DNA from: Nitrospirota bacterium
GTDB taxonomy: Bacteria; Nitrospirota; JACRHJ01
Assembly: GCA_021784575.1 (NCBI GenBank)
Contig: JAJYHX010000004.1
Location: forward strand, 778-64,777
Length of the DNA stretch: 64,000 nt
Reading direction: 5' to 3'
Part shown: in pieces, positions 60,333 to 64,000 of the stretch
How positions within the stretch are numbered: position 1 is the first letter of the stretch
Layout of the letters: the number at the start of each line of letters is the position of its first letter
Notes under the pieces: model-generated
Seen by the model: the letters and a program-made list of their open reading frames with translations, nothing else
What the model was told of the DNA's origin: nothing
Database searches by the model: none
Position numbers and translations under genes: made by a program

Positions 60333-61577
60333 ATGACTTTTAAGGAACTCAATTTATTACCCCAGATATTAAAGGCCTTGGAGGGCTGCGGGTACAAATC
60401 CCCCACGCCCATTCAGGAGAAGGCCATCCCCCGGGTCTTGGCGGGCGATGATTTGATAGGGCTCGCCCAGACCGGGACGGGCAAGACCGCGGCATTCGTG
60501 TTGCCGCTTCTTCAGAGGCTGACCCAGAGGCCCAGGGGACGCGTGCGCGTCCTGGTAATAGCTCCAACGCGTGAACTCGCGGAGCAGACGCACAAGACTT
60601 TCGGTACCCTCGGCCGGCATGTTGATTTCAGGAGCGCCGCCGTCTACGGCGGCGTCGGAATTGGCCCGCAGATCCAGAAGTTGAGGAAGGGCGCCGAAGT
60701 AATCGTCGCCTGTCCGGGAAGGCTTCTGGACCATATCGAACGGGGAACGGTGGACCTCCGGGGAGTGGAGGCCCTCGTGCTGGACGAGGCGGACAGGATG
60801 TTCGACATGGGCTTCCTGCCGGACATCAGGAAGGTCATGAAAAACCTCCCGGCCCGCAGGCAGACGCTTCTTTTTTCGGCCACAATGCCGACGGATATAA
60901 GGAAGCTCGCGCAGGAGATATTGCAGGACCCGGTGACCGTTCAGATAGACCACGAGACGCCCGCGGAAACCATATCGCATGCGCTCTACCCTGTCGAGCG
61001 TCATTTCAAGACCACATTCTTGATGGAGCTTCTCTCGCGCACTAAAACTGAATCCATCCTCGTCTTTACCAAGACCAAGCACCGGGCAAAGAAACTCGCC
61101 GAACAGCTCCAGATGGCGGGATACAAGGCTGCGTCCCTACAGGGCAACCTATCCCAGAACAAGCGCCAGGCGGCGCTGGACGGTTTCCGCAGGGGCTCGT
61201 TCAAGATACTCGTGGCCACGGACATAGCCGCCCGCGGGATAGATGTCTCAAGGATTTCGCACGTCATAAACTACGACATGCCGGACAGCTCCGAAGCCTA
61301 CACCCACAGGATAGGCCGCACCGGTCGGGCATGCAGGACCGGCGAGGCATATACCCTTGTCACCCCCGAAGACGCCGAGATGGTCGCGGCGATCGACAGG
61401 CTGCTGGGCAGGAAGACGGAAAGACGCGCCTTGCAGGGACTGGAATATACGGTACCCGAAATAGGCAGGGTATCTCCGGCGCCAGCGTCCAGGCAAGCAC
61501 CTTCACGCGGCGGATACGCGGCAAGGCGGAGCGGAAACAGGCAACCACAGTTGAGACGCCGGGCCGGAGTCAACTAG
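60333..61577 (+). CDS. DEAD-box RNA helicase (RhlE-like)
   Basis: Q motif PTPIQ, AQTGTGKT, PTRELA, DEAD, SAT, ARGID, HRIGRTGR. Confidence 0.96.
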   Translation: MTFKELNLLPQILKALEGCGYKSPTPIQEKAIPRVLAGDDLIGLAQTGTGKTAAFVLPLLQRLTQRPRGRVRVLVIAPTRELAEQTHKTFGTLGRHVDFRSAAVYGGVGIGPQIQKLRKGAEVIVACPGRLLDHIERGTVDLRGVEALVLDEADRMFDMGFLPDIRKVMKNLPARRQTLLFSATMPTDIRKLAQEILQDPVTVQIDHETPAETISHALYPVERHFKTTFLMELLSRTKTESILVFTKTKHRAKKLAEQLQMAGYKAASLQGNLSQNKRQAALDGFRRGSFKILVATDIAARGIDVSRISHVINYDMPDSSEAYTHRIGRTGRACRTGEAYTLVTPEDAEMVAAIDRLLGRKTERRALQGLEYTVPEIGRVSPAPASRQAPSRGGYAARRSGNRQPQLRRRAGVN

Positions 61578-61590
61578 CTGAAATATTTGC

Positions 61591-61634
61591 AAAAAACAAG
61601 GGGTTACGGCTTAAGCCGTAACCCCTTGTTTTTT
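61591..61634. terminator. Bidirectional intrinsic terminator (perfect palindrome)
   Basis: AAAAAACAAGGGGTTACGGCTT|AAGCCGTAACCCCTTGTTTTTT. Confidence 0.9.
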
Positions 61635-61635
61635 A

Positions 61636-61681
61636 TGCCAGGCGATACTGGGTTCGAACCAATGCCCCCTGCCGTGTGAGA
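61636..61681 (-). mobile_element. Degenerate 3' half of tRNA-Val(CAC); probable att scar
   Basis: Minus strand CTCACACGGCAGGGGGCATTGGTTCGAACCCAGTATCGCCTGGCA gives anticodon loop, variable loop, T-arm and acceptor strand; no 5' half. Confidence 0.7.
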
Positions 61682-61838
61682 CCGAATAATGCAAAATTCG
61701 TAAGTGGGCTGTTTACTTAAGAAATTCCATATTCCAATGTTTCCACCGATTCCGTCTATTTCTGTCTTTTGCGCAGGTTTTCGTTACACCCGCTACAGTG
61801 ACGACAGCCATATTTAACTGGAAGAATAAAAAGATTTT

Positions 61839-62864
61839 TCAGCAGATTCGCGGCAGCTGTTCCCCGGAGAGCATGTCTACTATCCTAGTCCCGCCGATAA
61901 TTGTTTTCATGAGGACTTTACCCGCAGGCTCTGCCAGAACCTCTCCGATTATCGCCGATTCCCTGCCGCAGGCATTTTCCCGCATTACCGCGAGCACGTC
62001 CCTGGCGCAGGATTTCGGAACCGCCACGACAAGTTTGCCCTCATTTGCGACGTAAAGGGGGTCGAGCCCCAGTATCTCGCATGCCCCACGCACAGGCTCT
62101 CTAACGGGCAAAGAAGACTCGTCTATGACAATGCAGATACCCGATTCAGCGGCGAACTCCACAAGAGTCGAGGCAAGTCCGCCCCGGGTTGGGTCCCTGA
62201 GCGCGTGGACCTCTCCTGCCGCAATAATATCGGCTACAAGTCCGTTAAGAGGCGCGGTGTCGCTTTCTATGTTCGCCTCAAAATCAAGGCCTTCCCGTCT
62301 CGAGAGCACCGCCATGCCGTGATCCCCCAGGGTGCCCGAAACCAGGAGCGCGTCTCCCGGATTAAGTCCTTTGGCCGTTATATTCAGCCCGGCTGGGACA
62401 ACGCCCACGCCTGCGGTATTTATGAAAACTCCGTCCGCCTTGCCCCGCTCCACGACCTTAGTATCGCCAGCGACTATAGCCACGGAAGCCCTGTCCGCCG
62501 CCTCTTTCATAGAAATAACTATTTTGAAGAGATCCGCGAAAAGGAACCCTTCCTCTATAACGAACCCGGCTGTGAGATAAAGAGGCTTCGCGCCGGACAT
62601 CGAGAGGTCGTTTACCGTACCGTTGACGGCGAGGTCTCCTATATTGCCGCCAGGGAAGAAAAGCGGACTGACGACGTACGTGTCCGTTGTGAGAGCGAGC
62701 CTGCCATTCGGGATTTCAGGCATTGGGAGAACCGCCGAGTCCTCAGAGCCAAGCCCGGGGTAACTTCCCTTGAGCGCGGGCAGAAAGAGCCTCTCTATAA
62801 GCTCCCGCATCATTTTACCCCCGGAGCCGTGGCCGAGCATAATCTTATCCGCCCGAAACGTCAT
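61839..62864 (-). CDS. hypE: [NiFe]-hydrogenase maturation protein HypE
   Basis: HGSGG, LAVNGTVND, GDTKVV, RDPTRGG, ANEG, C-terminal PRIC; start 62864 (ATGA overlap). Confidence 0.97.
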   Translation of the reverse strand: MTFRADKIMLGHGSGGKMMRELIERLFLPALKGSYPGLGSEDSAVLPMPEIPNGRLALTTDTYVVSPLFFPGGNIGDLAVNGTVNDLSMSGAKPLYLTAGFVIEEGFLFADLFKIVISMKEAADRASVAIVAGDTKVVERGKADGVFINTAGVGVVPAGLNITAKGLNPGDALLVSGTLGDHGMAVLSRREGLDFEANIESDTAPLNGLVADIIAAGEVHALRDPTRGGLASTLVEFAAESGICIVIDESSLPVREPVRGACEILGLDPLYVANEGKLVVAVPKSCARDVLAVMRENACGRESAIIGEVLAEPAGKVLMKTIIGGTRIVDMLSGEQLPRIC

Positions 62865-63946
62865 CTCGCACCGTATTTGTAATAGGCCGCGCAGCTGCCC
62901 TCGAAAGAGACCATGCATGCGCCGACAGGGGTCTCCGGCGTGCAGGCCTTCCCGAAAAGGGCGCACTGAGGAGGGGTCTTCAACCCCCGGAGGACAAAAC
63001 CGCAGATGCAGCCTTTTACCTCCCGGGGCTTGTTCGTTTTTATGTCGAGAGCTTTTTCAGCATCGTACGCGGCATACCCGGCCTTTAATTTCAGGCCGCT
63101 TCCGGGTATAACTCCTATGCCGCGCCAGTCGGCGTCGGACGGTTCGAAATACCTTTCCAGCACCTCTCTTGCGACCGGGTTGCCTTCTTCAGATACCGCG
63201 CGACGGTACTGTATCTCGACCGAGGGACGGCCTTCCCGGACCTGGTTTATTAACATAAGCGTAGACTGGAGTATGTCCATCGGTTCAAACCCGGAGACCA
63301 CCGCGGCGCGCCCGTACTCCTCGGCTATAAAGCGGTACGGCGCGACACCGGTTATTGTGCTGACGTGGCCGGGGCACAGGAAGCCGTCCAGCCCAAGCTC
63401 CGGCGTGTCGAGCAGGGCGCGCATCGCGCCCGGAATAGTCTTATGCACGCTGAGCACCAGAAAATTCCCCGTATTAGCCTCTATTGCCCTGCCGAGTGTA
63501 GCGGCCACGGCGGGCGAAGTGGTCTCAAAACCTGCGGCAAAAAAAACTACCTTTTGGGAAGGGTTGGACTGTGCGAGTTTGAGCGCGTCGAAGGGCGAAT
63601 ATACGACTCTTACGTCCGCCCAGTCGGACCTTGCTTCTTGAAGCGATTCCCGCGAGCCCGGCACACGGACCATGTCGCCGAAAGTCGCAAGAATGACGCC
63701 GTCCATTCGAGCGGCAAACACGGCCTTGTCGATGTCCTCGACAGACGTGACACAAACGGGGCAGCCCGGCCCTGAGATGAGACTTATATTGCCGGGCAGA
63801 AGGTCGCGGATTCCATTTCTAAAGATAGCGACCGTATGGCTGCCGCATACTTCCATGAATTTGAGCGGCCTGTCTGCGCCTCGCCTGATACCCTCGACAA
63901 GCCTGGCGGCGAGCCCTGAATCCCTGTATTCGTCTACATGCTTCAT
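62861..63946 (-). CDS. hypD: [NiFe]-hydrogenase maturation protein HypD
   Basis: MEVCGSH, GPGCPVC, GFETT, PGHVS, CMVS.EG.C. Confidence 0.97.
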   Translation of the reverse strand: MKHVDEYRDSGLAARLVEGIRRGADRPLKFMEVCGSHTVAIFRNGIRDLLPGNISLISGPGCPVCVTSVEDIDKAVFAARMDGVILATFGDMVRVPGSRESLQEARSDWADVRVVYSPFDALKLAQSNPSQKVVFFAAGFETTSPAVAATLGRAIEANTGNFLVLSVHKTIPGAMRALLDTPELGLDGFLCPGHVSTITGVAPYRFIAEEYGRAAVVSGFEPMDILQSTLMLINQVREGRPSVEIQYRRAVSEEGNPVAREVLERYFEPSDADWRGIGVIPGSGLKLKAGYAAYDAEKALDIKTNKPREVKGCICGFVLRGLKTPPQCALFGKACTPETPVGACMVSFEGSCAAYYKYGAR

Positions 63947-63955
63947 ATTAAAACC

Positions 63956-64000
63956 TTAAAAAGCCGCATCGTAGTCTTCGATGCCGCCCGTTATTTCGCG
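63956..64000 (-). CDS. 3' end of the upstream gene, possibly hypC
   Basis: ...REITGGIEDYDAAF* ends 10 nt before hypD; identity inferred only from the usual hypC-D-E order. Confidence 0.35.
   Translation of the reverse strand, partial: REITGGIEDYDAAF

Noticed and set aside
12579-63959. Numerous antisense and alternate-frame ORFs (e.g. 15146-16207, 37556-38479, 48819-50144)
   Set aside because: Shadow ORFs of GC-rich genes with no recognisable motifs.
1-64000. CRISPR array, rRNA, intact transposase/integrase or prophage genes
   Set aside because: No regularly spaced repeat-spacer array or matching protein motifs were seen by eye.

Overview
Bacterial chromosomal window from a diderm, probably anaerobic organism; the gene content is reminiscent of Nitrospirota/Desulfobacterota (inference only). 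Left to right: (1) 1-11.9 kb, a GC-mosaic surface-glycosylation-like locus with two GT-C-type membrane proteins, two GT2 glycosyltransferases, two cobalamin-binding radical SAM enzymes, a methyltransferase and a ~1180-aa sigma54-driven secreted NHL/Ca-binding/FN3 protein; (2) DUF2062-thiL-lon-hsp20-galU-coaE; (3) an orphan secreted protein and an mdtABC + outer-membrane-factor efflux operon; (4) phoBR-porin-pstSCAB-phoU with PHO-box arrays and a candidate Pho-controlled sRNA; (5) hcp, tRNA-Leu-tig-clpP-clpX, crcB-DUF190-uppP, galT; (6) a Tad/Flp pilus operon without a prepilin peptidase, extended by DUF192 and a protein with a TonB-like anchor, with a divergent MshEN-AAA+ ATPase; (7) a FabX-like flavoprotein, a DEAD-box helicase, a degenerate tRNA-Val 3' fragment (probable att scar) and hypE-hypD. 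The best novelty candidates are the extended Tad system, the B12-radical-SAM glycosylation locus and the PHO-box sRNA. All calls come from motif reading by eye; no database searches were run.
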